Translations under genes and position numbers: made by a program
The notes under the pieces: model-generated
The model's database searches: none
The model's input: the letters and a program-made list of their open reading frames with translations, nothing else
Told to the model about the DNA's origin: nothing
DNA from: Halorutilales archaeon Cl-col2-1
GTDB lineage: Archaea; Halobacteriota; Halobacteria; Halobacteriales; Afararchaeaceae
Length of the DNA stretch: 64,000 bases
NCBI GenBank assembly: GCA_041891055.1
Contig: CP169074.1
Coordinates: 1,472,001-1,536,000, forward strand
Direction: 5' to 3'
In this document: positions 33,535 to 41,460 of the stretch, piece by piece
Layout: each line of letters starts with the position of its first letter
Numbering within the stretch: the stretch's first letter is position 1

Positions 33535-34494
33535 CTACTCGTCTCCGACTCCTAGATCCCCGGTGACCTCGACGGAGCCCCCGAGATCTCTCTTCGGGAA
33601 CGGCATCTCTATGCCCTCCTCGTCGAACCTCTCTTTTACCCTCTGTACGTACTCCGAACGTGTCTTGACGTAATCGGAGCGTCCGGGGTCGTTTATCCAG
33701 ATCCTCGACTGGAGACCGACATAAGAGTCGGCGAGCTCGGAGACACGTACCGACGGCGAGGGCGAGTCCATTATGCCGTCGTCTTTCTCGGCTTCCTCGA
33801 TTATTATGTCAGTCGCCTGGTCTATGTCGTCGTCGTAGCCTATACCGAAGACGAACTTGAGACGTAGCCTGTCTTTCGCCACGGGGTTCTTGACGACTCC
33901 GCCGGTGAGCTGTGAGTTGGGGACTGTGAGTAGCTCGTTGTCGAATGTCCTGACACGTGTCACGCGGAGGCTTATATCCTCAACTACGCCCGAGTAGCCG
34001 TCCCACTCGATCCAGTCACCTATCTTGAACGGCTTCTCTATGAAGACGAATATCCCTGAGACGAAGTTTTTCATCACGTCCTGTGTCGCGAAGCCGATAG
34101 CGAGTGTCGCCGCAGCACCTATCGTCGCGAGAGAACTGAGGAAGCTCCCGAATCCCGCGGTTCCGAAAGCCACACCGAAGGCGACAAATACTATTGCTAT
34201 GTTGAGTATCTTGATGAGAGGCTTGCGGGCGTGTTCGTCCATCTTCCTCGCTGAGAGAGTACGTCGGAAGAGAGGTACGACGACTGCCTTTCCGATTAGG
34301 TAGACGGCGACGAAGCCGACGACGAAGAGTATGAGCTGAGTTATGACACCGCCGTAGGGCACTTCCCCGAGAAACGGGAGTTCGACTGGTGGGTCGCCCG
34401 TCTGTATGGGCACGTCAGTGCCGGTGCCTGTACCCGTACCTGTCTGAAGAAGCCAGCTCGCGGCGCGATTCGGAGGGGGTAACGAGAGATCCAT
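33535..34494 (-). CDS. mscS: Small-conductance mechanosensitive channel
   Basis: AIGFATQD..NFVSG, PFKIGDWI, G.VEDISLRVT, VPNS. Confidence 0.9.
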   Translation of the reverse strand: MDLSLPPPNRAASWLLQTGTGTGTGTDVPIQTGDPPVELPFLGEVPYGGVITQLILFVVGFVAVYLIGKAVVVPLFRRTLSARKMDEHARKPLIKILNIAIVFVAFGVAFGTAGFGSFLSSLATIGAAATLAIGFATQDVMKNFVSGIFVFIEKPFKIGDWIEWDGYSGVVEDISLRVTRVRTFDNELLTVPNSQLTGGVVKNPVAKDRLRLKFVFGIGYDDDIDQATDIIIEEAEKDDGIMDSPSPSVRVSELADSYVGLQSRIWINDPGRSDYVKTRSEYVQRVKERFDEEGIEMPFPKRDLGGSVEVTGDLGVGDE

Positions 34495-34530
34495 ACAGAC
34501 AAAAGACGGCGAATTCACTTATACTTAAGT

Positions 34531-35283
34531 CTAAACCTTCTCGGCGAAGCCGTAGCCTGACTTGAGGTCGGTGACCCGAACCTCCGTAATCTCGCCCTCG
34601 TCTCCGCCCTTTACTATGAGTGTGTAGCCGTCTATCTTAGCGATTCCGTCGCCCTCGTCACCCTCGCTGATTATGTCGACCTCTAACTCCTCACCCTCCT
34701 CGACAGGAGCGTCTATGTACTCCTTCCCTATGACATAGACCTCCGAGCTCTCGTCACGTGAGGCGTCGGGAGAGGCGGTCGAGACGTAGTCGAAGCTCGA
34801 CTCTACGTCGGATCGGAAGTCGTCTATCATGTCGCCCTGGAAGACCTTGACGACGAAGCTTCCGCCGGGTCTCAGAAGCTCCTCGGCGGTATCAAGCGCC
34901 GAACGGGCGAGATGTACTGACCGCGAGTGGTCGATGTTCCAGTCGCCGGTGAGGTTAGGAGACGCGTCGGAGGTCACGACGTCGACTTCTCCTCCCGTAA
35001 TCTCGCGAACCTCGTCGAGTGTTCTCTCCTCGGTCATGTCTCCGCGTACCGTCTCGACGCCGTCTTCGTCGATGGGATCTATCGACTGGAGGTCGACCCC
35101 GACCACCTCACCGGCTCTCTCCGCCTCGACCTGGAGCCATCCCCCAGGTGCGGCACCGAGGTCAACGACGGTGTCGGAGGGCGAAAACAGGTTCCTCTCG
35201 TCGTCCATCTGTATGAGCTTGTACGCCGACCGCGCCCTGTATCCCTCCTGTTTCGCCTTGTTGTAGTACTTGTCCTTCGGCAT
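34531..35283 (-). CDS. rlmE: 23S rRNA Um2552 methyltransferase with C-terminal TRAM domain
   Basis: GYRARSAYKL, DLGAAPGGW, SDASPN, KVFQG, SRDESSEVY; TRAM GDGIAKIDGY. Confidence 0.93.
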   Translation of the reverse strand: MPKDKYYNKAKQEGYRARSAYKLIQMDDERNLFSPSDTVVDLGAAPGGWLQVEAERAGEVVGVDLQSIDPIDEDGVETVRGDMTEERTLDEVREITGGEVDVVTSDASPNLTGDWNIDHSRSVHLARSALDTAEELLRPGGSFVVKVFQGDMIDDFRSDVESSFDYVSTASPDASRDESSEVYVIGKEYIDAPVEEGEELEVDIISEGDEGDGIAKIDGYTLIVKGGDEGEITEVRVTDLKSGYGFAEKV

Positions 35284-35393
35284 TCTCTTACAGAAGATAG
35301 GTCGGCGGCTCTAAAGAGGGTACTGCTTGTAGGGGCAACGACACCAACATCGACAGCGACAGTATTAAGACTCGCCGAGAGCAATTCGTCGGC

Positions 35394-36842
35394 ATGCCCG
35401 AGGAACTTCCTCCTAAGGACGATTTCAGCGACTGGTATAACGAGCTTCTGTTTGAGGCAGAGATAATGGACGTGAGGTATCCCGCGAAGGGGGTCTACGT
35501 CTGGTTCCCGTTCGGATACGAGCTCAGGAACCTCGTCTACGACCGCCTCAAGGAGCTTCACGACGACACGGGACACAGGGAGGCGAGCTTTCCCGTCCTC
35601 ATACCTGAGGGAATACTCGCGAAGGAGAGCGAACACATAGCCGGGTTCGAGGAGGAGGTGTTCTGGGTCACACAGGGCGGCGACAAGGAGCTTGACGAAC
35701 GTATGGCTCTCCGCCCGACGAGTGAGACTCCGATGTACACGATGTTCGACCTCTGGGTGCGTTCACACACCGACCTGCCTCTCAAGGTGTACCAGGTCGC
35801 CAATATCTGGAGGTCGGAGACCGAACACACACGTCCTCTGATACGTCTGAGGGAGATAACGAGCTTCAAGGAGGCACACACCGCACACGCAAACCCCGAG
35901 GAGGCGGCGGAACAGGTCGAGACCGCACTCGACATCTACGGCGACTTCTTCGACTTCTTAGGCGTTCCCCACGTCGTCTGTGAACGTCCCGACTGGGACA
36001 AGTTCCCGGGTGCCGAGTACACTTACGCCGTCGATACACTGATGCCCGACGGACGCGCGCTCCAGATAGGTACAGCGCACAACTTAGGACAGAACTTCTC
36101 GGAGCCCTTCGACGTCGACTTCGAGACGCCCGAGGGAGAACACGACTACGTCTACCAGACGTCGTACGGCGTGAGCGAGAGATGTATCGCGTCAGTGATG
36201 TCGGTACACGGCGACGACAACGGTCTCGTACTCCCGAGCGAGGTCGCTCCAACACAGGTTGCGATCGTCCCGATACTCTTCGGAGACGACGACGAGAACG
36301 AGGCTATACTCGAAAAATGCGAGGAAGTCGTCGAGGAGCTTGAGGAAGAGTACGGTCTCCGCGTAGAACTCGACGACTCCGACGATAGCCCCGGAGCGAA
36401 GTACTACAAGTGGGAGCTCAAGGGAACCCCCGTACGTATAGAGATAGGTCCACGTGACCTCGAAGAAGGGTCCGCGGTCGTCGTCAACCGTCTCGGAGAG
36501 GAGTCGGACGCCGACTTCGATCAGATAGGCGAGGAGATAGACGACGAGCTAGAGTACCTGTCGAGACAGATAGGACAGAAGGCACAGGGAGAACTCGAAA
36601 GCAGGACTGAGGCCTGTGAGACCTACGACGAGGCGAGGTCGGTGATAGGTGACGGCTTCGCCGAGGCGATGTGGTGTGGAGACGAGGACTGTGGGAAGGA
36701 GATGGAAGACGAGATAGGCGGCGACATGCTCGGCGAGGTTATCGAGGGAATCGACACTCAAGCCGAGGACGAGACCGACGGAAGCTGTCTCGGATGTGGA
36801 GACGAGGGAGAGAAGTCGGTGATATTCGCGAAGACGTACTGA
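35394..36842 (+). CDS. proS: Prolyl-tRNA synthetase (archaeal/eukaryotic type)
   Basis: FSDWY, LRPTSET, DLPLK.YQ, EAHTAH, KFPGA, LQIGTAHNLGQNFS. Confidence 0.96.
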   Translation: MPEELPPKDDFSDWYNELLFEAEIMDVRYPAKGVYVWFPFGYELRNLVYDRLKELHDDTGHREASFPVLIPEGILAKESEHIAGFEEEVFWVTQGGDKELDERMALRPTSETPMYTMFDLWVRSHTDLPLKVYQVANIWRSETEHTRPLIRLREITSFKEAHTAHANPEEAAEQVETALDIYGDFFDFLGVPHVVCERPDWDKFPGAEYTYAVDTLMPDGRALQIGTAHNLGQNFSEPFDVDFETPEGEHDYVYQTSYGVSERCIASVMSVHGDDNGLVLPSEVAPTQVAIVPILFGDDDENEAILEKCEEVVEELEEEYGLRVELDDSDDSPGAKYYKWELKGTPVRIEIGPRDLEEGSAVVVNRLGEESDADFDQIGEEIDDELEYLSRQIGQKAQGELESRTEACETYDEARSVIGDGFAEAMWCGDEDCGKEMEDEIGGDMLGEVIEGIDTQAEDETDGSCLGCGDEGEKSVIFAKTY

Positions 36843-36850
36843 GACTGAGA

Positions 36851-37282
36851 ATGAACGACGAGACTGAGACGGGAGACAAAGACGGAGAAGAGGCTCGAAG
36901 CCGGGACGGAGACGCAGACGAGGTCGACGGCAGAGGAGACTGTGAGGCGTGTTTCGAGGCGGGGATAAAGCTGGGTGCGCTCTACCACCAGTTCACGGGC
37001 ACGCCAATCTCGGGCGAGTCGGCGGAGTCACTCGAAACCGCGATAGAGGAAGCAGTCGGGAACCAGAGGTACGTCGAGGAGGTCGGCGTAGAGATAAGCG
37101 GCATAGAGCCCAACCGGTTCGGCTACTCCGAGCTAGAGGGGGAGATGGTCGACGTGAGTCTCGTGGTCGAGAAGGAGGGTGTAGTCGTCGAGGCGAGCAT
37201 GAGTGAGGAGGACGGCTACCCCATGATGAGGGTCGACGAGGTTCTCGAAGAAGACGAAGAGAGCTACGAGACCCAAGACTAA
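36851..37282 (+). CDS. mptD: Archaeal dihydroneopterin aldolase (DUF381)
   Basis: ACFEAGIKLGALYHQFTGTP, GYSEL, YPMM. Confidence 0.85.
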   Translation: MNDETETGDKDGEEARSRDGDADEVDGRGDCEACFEAGIKLGALYHQFTGTPISGESAESLETAIEEAVGNQRYVEEVGVEISGIEPNRFGYSELEGEMVDVSLVVEKEGVVVEASMSEEDGYPMMRVDEVLEEDEESYETQD

Positions 37283-37305
37283 GGCGGGCGGGACAGGTAG
37301 TAGTT

Positions 37306-37665
37306 GTGACTTCCTCCCCGCCCTCCACTCGCACTTAATGTGCGAGTTTAAGGATATTCGGAAATCTTCGATTTCCGAGCTTCCACAAATCTCCGATTTG
37401 TGTTATAGCCAATCGAAGATTGGCGTATCATCCAGATCAAAGATCTGGAGGCGGGGCTTCCAGAGCAGTTTGACCATGATGCCGTCTTCTTTGGATCTCA
37501 CCTCAGAGCGGTCTTCTCTGGAAGTCATCAAGCAGAGCTTGATGGCTCGCAAATCAAAGATTTGCGAAGCCTCTGGGAGGTTCCTGCTTCCGCCACGAAC
37601 TTATAAACCGTGAGGCCCACAGAGGTTCTGTGTTCACAGGCGTAAATTCCGCCGCGCCCCTGCGT
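37306..37665 (-). ncRNA. Putative TnpB omegaRNA/reRNA-like scaffold
   Basis: ACGCCTGTG...GAAGCAGGAA...GAAGCCCCGCC...GGCGGGGAGGAAGTCAC resembles the 3' region of tnpB elements; 5' boundary approximate. Confidence 0.55.
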
Positions 37666-37959
37666 ACTCGATGCTTAGAAATAGTACCGAGTGCGTGATA
37701 TAGCTTACGGCTGTCGCAAGATCTCTGATCTTGCTACCCACGAATTCAAAGAATTTGTGACTGTATCCCCTCCCTACTGTGTATGCAAATATTCGATTTG
37801 CTTGTGCTAGAAAACTCTACGAGTTTTCTGCATCACAGAAATCTCTGATTTCTGAAGACCCGTGAACCTAAGATTCACGAACGCTTCTTGTCTACTAAAG
37901 CAGACTGCGATGTGTTGAAAATCGGAGATTTTCATACGTATGCGAATCTCTGATTCGCA
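37327..37959. repeat. Cluster of about 15 short inverted repeats (17-21 bp), mostly stem-ATC-NNN-GAT-stem
   Basis: e.g. TCGGAAATC-TTC-GATTTCCGA (37358), CACAAATC-TCC-GATTTGTG (37384), GCCAATC-GAA-GATTGGC (37408), TCCAGATC-AAA-GATCTGGA (37431), CAGAAATC-TCT-GATTTCTG (37836), TGCGAATC-TCT-GATTCGCA (37941). Confidence 0.92.
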
Positions 37960-38023
37960 ACACTCCTTGAGGAAGGGGACTTAGCCTGTAAAAAGTTAAG
38001 TCGTGTCGGGTCTAAGCACCGGC

Positions 38024-38419
38024 ATGTCAGAGTCACAGACAAAGCTCGACGACGACGACCTGTTCACAGAGGCGTCCGACGAGATGAGGTCGGACATAAC
38101 CGAGGCGCTCGACGACGCGCGCGAGGCACTTCCCGAGACAGACAGTCTTCTCGAGATAGAGGGGGAGAACAACAACCTGATAGGCGTGCTCAACGGTCTC
38201 AAGTCGGATCTCGACGCCGAGAATGCGGCGGAGTCACTAGCCGAGGCGAAGAAATGGTTCGAGATGGGGAGAAGGGCGGACGCCTTCGACGGCGACTTCG
38301 TCGAGGAGACACAGGGGAGGATAGAAGACCTACACGAGGCGGTCGAGGCGGTCGAGACCGCGGAGGAGTCGGCGACTCAGCTTACCGACTCGGTCGCTAG
38401 TCTCAAACATCTCCTATAG
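38024..38419 (+). CDS. Conserved haloarchaeal protein (DUF5790-like)
   Basis: QTKLDDDDLF.EA..EMR.DI, AKKWF.MG.RADAF. Confidence 0.7.
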   Translation: MSESQTKLDDDDLFTEASDEMRSDITEALDDAREALPETDSLLEIEGENNNLIGVLNGLKSDLDAENAAESLAEAKKWFEMGRRADAFDGDFVEETQGRIEDLHEAVEAVETAEESATQLTDSVASLKHLL

Positions 38420-40207
38420 CTATAGATCCTCTATTCTGTCGAGATATCCCTCGTAGACGTCTATCGCGTCCTCTACGGGCTGGGGTGACGACATGTCTGC
38501 GCCCGCGGCTTCGAGGAGGTCGAGTGGATACTCGCTCGATCCCTTCGAGAGGAAATCTATGTATCTCTGTCTCGCCTCGTCGCCGTCTTCGAGTATCTGA
38601 TTGGCGAGTGATACGGCGGCACTCAGACCTGTCGAGTACTGGAAGACGTAGAAGGCGCGGTAGAAATGGGGTATTCTCATCCACTCTGTCCTTATACGGT
38701 CGTCGACGGCTGCGGGTTCGTAGAACTCGGTCTTGAGGTCGCCGTATATTTCGTCGAGTCTGTCGGGGGTGAGAGCACCGCCGTCCTCGACTATACCGTG
38801 GGTACGGTCTTCGAAGTCGGCGAACATCGTCTGTCTGAAGAGTGTGCCACGGAACTTCTCTATCATGTGGCTGAGGACGTGTCTTCTGAAGTCGTCGTCC
38901 TCGACTGTGTCGAGTAAGTGGTTGGTGAGTAGAACCTCGTTGACAGTGCTGGCGACCTCTGCGACGAAGATCGAGTAGCCCGAGTAGATGTAGGGCTGGC
39001 TCTCCTTCGTAAGCTCGGAGTGGAGAGAGTGTCCGAGTTCGTGGGCGAGTGTGTACATCGACGAGATGTCGTCCTGGTAGTTCATGAGTATGAAAGGCTG
39101 AGTGTCGTAGGTTCCGCCCGAGTAGGCACCCGACCTCTTCGCCTCGTTCTCGTATACGTCGACCCATCTCGACTCAAGACCCTCCTCTACCCTAGTCTGG
39201 TAGTCGTCTCCGAGGGGCTCGAAGGCATCGACGACGTGTTGGGTCGCGTCGTCGTAGGTGACCTCGGGCTCGGGGGTATCGGCGAGGGGCATGTAGACGT
39301 CCCACATCCGGAGGTCATCGACGTCTAAGAGGTCGCGTTTTATCTCGACGTGTCTGTGGAGAGGGTCGAGCCTGTCACGAACCGTCTCGACGAGGCTGTC
39401 GTAGACATCGACGGGTATCTTCGACGAGTCGAGCGAAGACTCCCTCGCTGTGTCGTAGTTATGTATCCTCGCGAGCTTTACGTCAGCCTTGACGCTTTTC
39501 TCGTAGGTCGTCCCGACTGTGTTCCGGAGTTCGCCGAGTGTGTCGTAGAACTTCTCATAGACATCGCGTCTGAACTCCCTGTCGGGGTTCTTCTGGAGCT
39601 TAGTGAAGTTGGAGAGTGTGATCTCGACCGGCTTGCCGTCGGGCTTCTCGACAGTCGGGAACTCGGTGTCGGCGTTTGTGAGTATACGGTAGACAGAAGA
39701 CGGCGCGCCTAAGACATCACTCAGGTCTGAGATGAGAGCCTCGACCTCGGCGGACCGGGTGTGGGGCTTCTTCCTCATCACGTCGTCGAGGTAGTGCTCG
39801 TAGACACCGAGTCCGTCGGTCTCGTCTACCATCTCGTCTATCTCGTCGCGGGTGTGGGACTGGATCGCGGGACGTATGAAGCTCGCCGCACTTCCGGCTT
39901 CGGACGAGACTGTCTCTGCGCGCGTCGTCATAGCCTGGTACTCCTGTCTCGTGGTATCCTCGTCACGTCTCATCCGGGCGTACGACGATAGCTTAGAGAC
40001 CTTCCTCATGACCTCTTCGCGTTTCTTCAGGATGGTGAGAAGATGTTCGCCGTCGTCGAACGAGTCGGTCTCCGCCTCGTCGAGTTCGTCGACCATCCCC
40101 TTGGTCTCCTCGAACTCCTCCTCCCAGTCTTCGTCTGTCGCGTAGATACTTTCGAGATCCCACCTGTACTCCTCGTCTATCTCCGAACGGTCAGGAACAG
40201 AGCTCAT
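38420..40207 (-). CDS. pepF: Oligoendopeptidase F (M3B)
   Basis: RWDLESIY, KRSGAYS, TLAHELGHSLH, FVAEVAST, WMRIPHFY. Confidence 0.94.
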   Translation of the reverse strand: MSSVPDRSEIDEEYRWDLESIYATDEDWEEEFEETKGMVDELDEAETDSFDDGEHLLTILKKREEVMRKVSKLSSYARMRRDEDTTRQEYQAMTTRAETVSSEAGSAASFIRPAIQSHTRDEIDEMVDETDGLGVYEHYLDDVMRKKPHTRSAEVEALISDLSDVLGAPSSVYRILTNADTEFPTVEKPDGKPVEITLSNFTKLQKNPDREFRRDVYEKFYDTLGELRNTVGTTYEKSVKADVKLARIHNYDTARESSLDSSKIPVDVYDSLVETVRDRLDPLHRHVEIKRDLLDVDDLRMWDVYMPLADTPEPEVTYDDATQHVVDAFEPLGDDYQTRVEEGLESRWVDVYENEAKRSGAYSGGTYDTQPFILMNYQDDISSMYTLAHELGHSLHSELTKESQPYIYSGYSIFVAEVASTVNEVLLTNHLLDTVEDDDFRRHVLSHMIEKFRGTLFRQTMFADFEDRTHGIVEDGGALTPDRLDEIYGDLKTEFYEPAAVDDRIRTEWMRIPHFYRAFYVFQYSTGLSAAVSLANQILEDGDEARQRYIDFLSKGSSEYPLDLLEAAGADMSSPQPVEDAIDVYEGYLDRIEDL

Positions 40208-40306
40208 GTTATGTTTATATATGCTTACAGACTAAAGTCAGTCTTGGTTGGGAGTCTCAGACAACGTCGAAAGCATAAAATATCCTACATTTGTATCTGG
40301 AGTAAG

Positions 40307-40477
40307 ATGGCAATTGGTCTCACGGGTCTTGCGAGCGTCGAGATCATAGGAGTAGAGCTCTGGAAGGCGTGGATATTCACACATCTCGGAGGTATCATAG
40401 CCGGAGTTGGCTTCATAGTCGCAGGAAGTAAGTCGGGGAAGAAGGTCGAGTCTAAGACTGAGACAGAGACGGACTGA
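40307..40477 (+). CDS. Possible small membrane protein
   Basis: 56 aa with hydrophobic stretches and an acidic TETETD tail; host-like codons; start uncertain. Confidence 0.4.
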   Translation: MAIGLTGLASVEIIGVELWKAWIFTHLGGIIAGVGFIVAGSKSGKKVESKTETETD

Positions 40478-40520
40478 GACAGTCCGAAAGACGTAATCCG
40501 AGTCTCGCCGAAGACTCCTT

Positions 40521-41048
40521 ATGGAAGACACCGAGAGGAGGGTCGAGGTTCTCAGAATGGGTCACAGACCCAAGAGAGACGAGAGGATGACGTCACACGT
40601 GGGGCTTACGTCGCGGGCTCTGGGTGCGGACAGAATACATATAGCGAGTTCGAGTGAGAAGCCGAGGGAGACGATAGAGTCGGTCACGGAGCGTTTCGGA
40701 GGCGACTTTGAGGTTAAACTCACCGAGAAGCCCAGGAGTATCATACGCGGCTGGGAGGGTGACGTCGTCCATCTCACGATGTATGGTCTTCCGATCCAGG
40801 ATGTGATAGACGAAGTACGACAAGAGGACGTCTTAGTCGTCGTGGGATCACAGAAGGTTCCAGGATACGTCTACGGTCTGTCGGACTACAACGTCGGTGT
40901 GACCAACCAGCCCCACTCCGAGGTCGCGGGTCTCTCAGTCTTTCTCCACGAGTACTTCGAGGGTGCAGAGCTCGAAAACGAGTTCGAGGGTGGTGAGATA
41001 GAAGTCGTACCCAGCAACGGCTCGAAGAAGACAGTCGAGAAGGAGTAG
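40521..41048 (+). CDS. trm56: tRNA (cytidine56-2'-O)-methyltransferase aTrm56
   Basis: LRMGHRPKRDERMTSHVGLTSRALGA, VHLTMYG, VGSQKVP, NQPHSEVA. Confidence 0.93.
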   Translation: MEDTERRVEVLRMGHRPKRDERMTSHVGLTSRALGADRIHIASSSEKPRETIESVTERFGGDFEVKLTEKPRSIIRGWEGDVVHLTMYGLPIQDVIDEVRQEDVLVVVGSQKVPGYVYGLSDYNVGVTNQPHSEVAGLSVFLHEYFEGAELENEFEGGEIEVVPSNGSKKTVEKE

Positions 41049-41078
41049 AGAGTGAGTAAGAGTTCTTCTGTTGTCTAC

Positions 41079-41423
41079 TTACTCAGACAGGTCGGATATA
41101 GCCTGTGCGAGGTCGCCGTCCGCCTCCACGAGTGCGTCGCGCGCCGTCTCCTCGTCGACACCGGCACGCTCGGATACGAGTTCGACGTCGTCGTCGGAGA
41201 CGTACTCGTTCTCGGATACCTCGGGGTTTCCAACTACCTGGAAGGTTCTCTGTCCATCTGCCTCCATCGATGTGACCTGAGCGTCATCGAAACGGTACTC
41301 CTTGTCGGAGGTGCGTATGACTACCTCCTCGACGTCATCTATCTCGTCGATATCTATACCCATCTGGTTCATCATCTTCTGCATCCTCTTGGGGTCCATA
41401 TTCCCTCTTCCGCCGCCGAACAT
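41079..41423 (-). CDS. nac: Nascent polypeptide-associated complex protein
   Basis: [22 protein letters not shown]-terminal UBA-like DDVELV..ARDAL..GDLAQAI. Confidence 0.92.
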   Translation of the reverse strand: MFGGGRGNMDPKRMQKMMNQMGIDIDEIDDVEEVVIRTSDKEYRFDDAQVTSMEADGQRTFQVVGNPEVSENEYVSDDDVELVSERAGVDEETARDALVEADGDLAQAISDLSE

Positions 41424-41460
41424 AGCTCGACTTAGTCCTCGACAGTTAAAAAACGAGCGG

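Larger units (their letters stand above)
37306..37994 (-). mobile_element. Non-autonomous IS200/IS605 (IS1341-type) derivative, PATE-like, 689 bp, no tnpA or tnpB
   Basis: Minus strand: TAAC | TTTTTACAGGC-TAAG-TCCCCTTCCT...AGGGAGGGGA at the left end; GAAG-CCCCGCC...GGCGGGGAGGAAG-TCAC at the right end; lower GC than the flanks. Confidence 0.85.

Noticed and set aside
37338-37613. 91-aa ORF inside the element
   Set aside because: Basic, atypical composition and no TnpA HUH or TnpB RuvC/Zn-finger motifs; a chance translation of palindromes
37327-37959. Possible CRISPR array in the hairpin cluster
   Set aside because: Units are not identical direct repeats, gaps are mostly 2-10 nt rather than 30-40 nt spacers, and no cas genes are present
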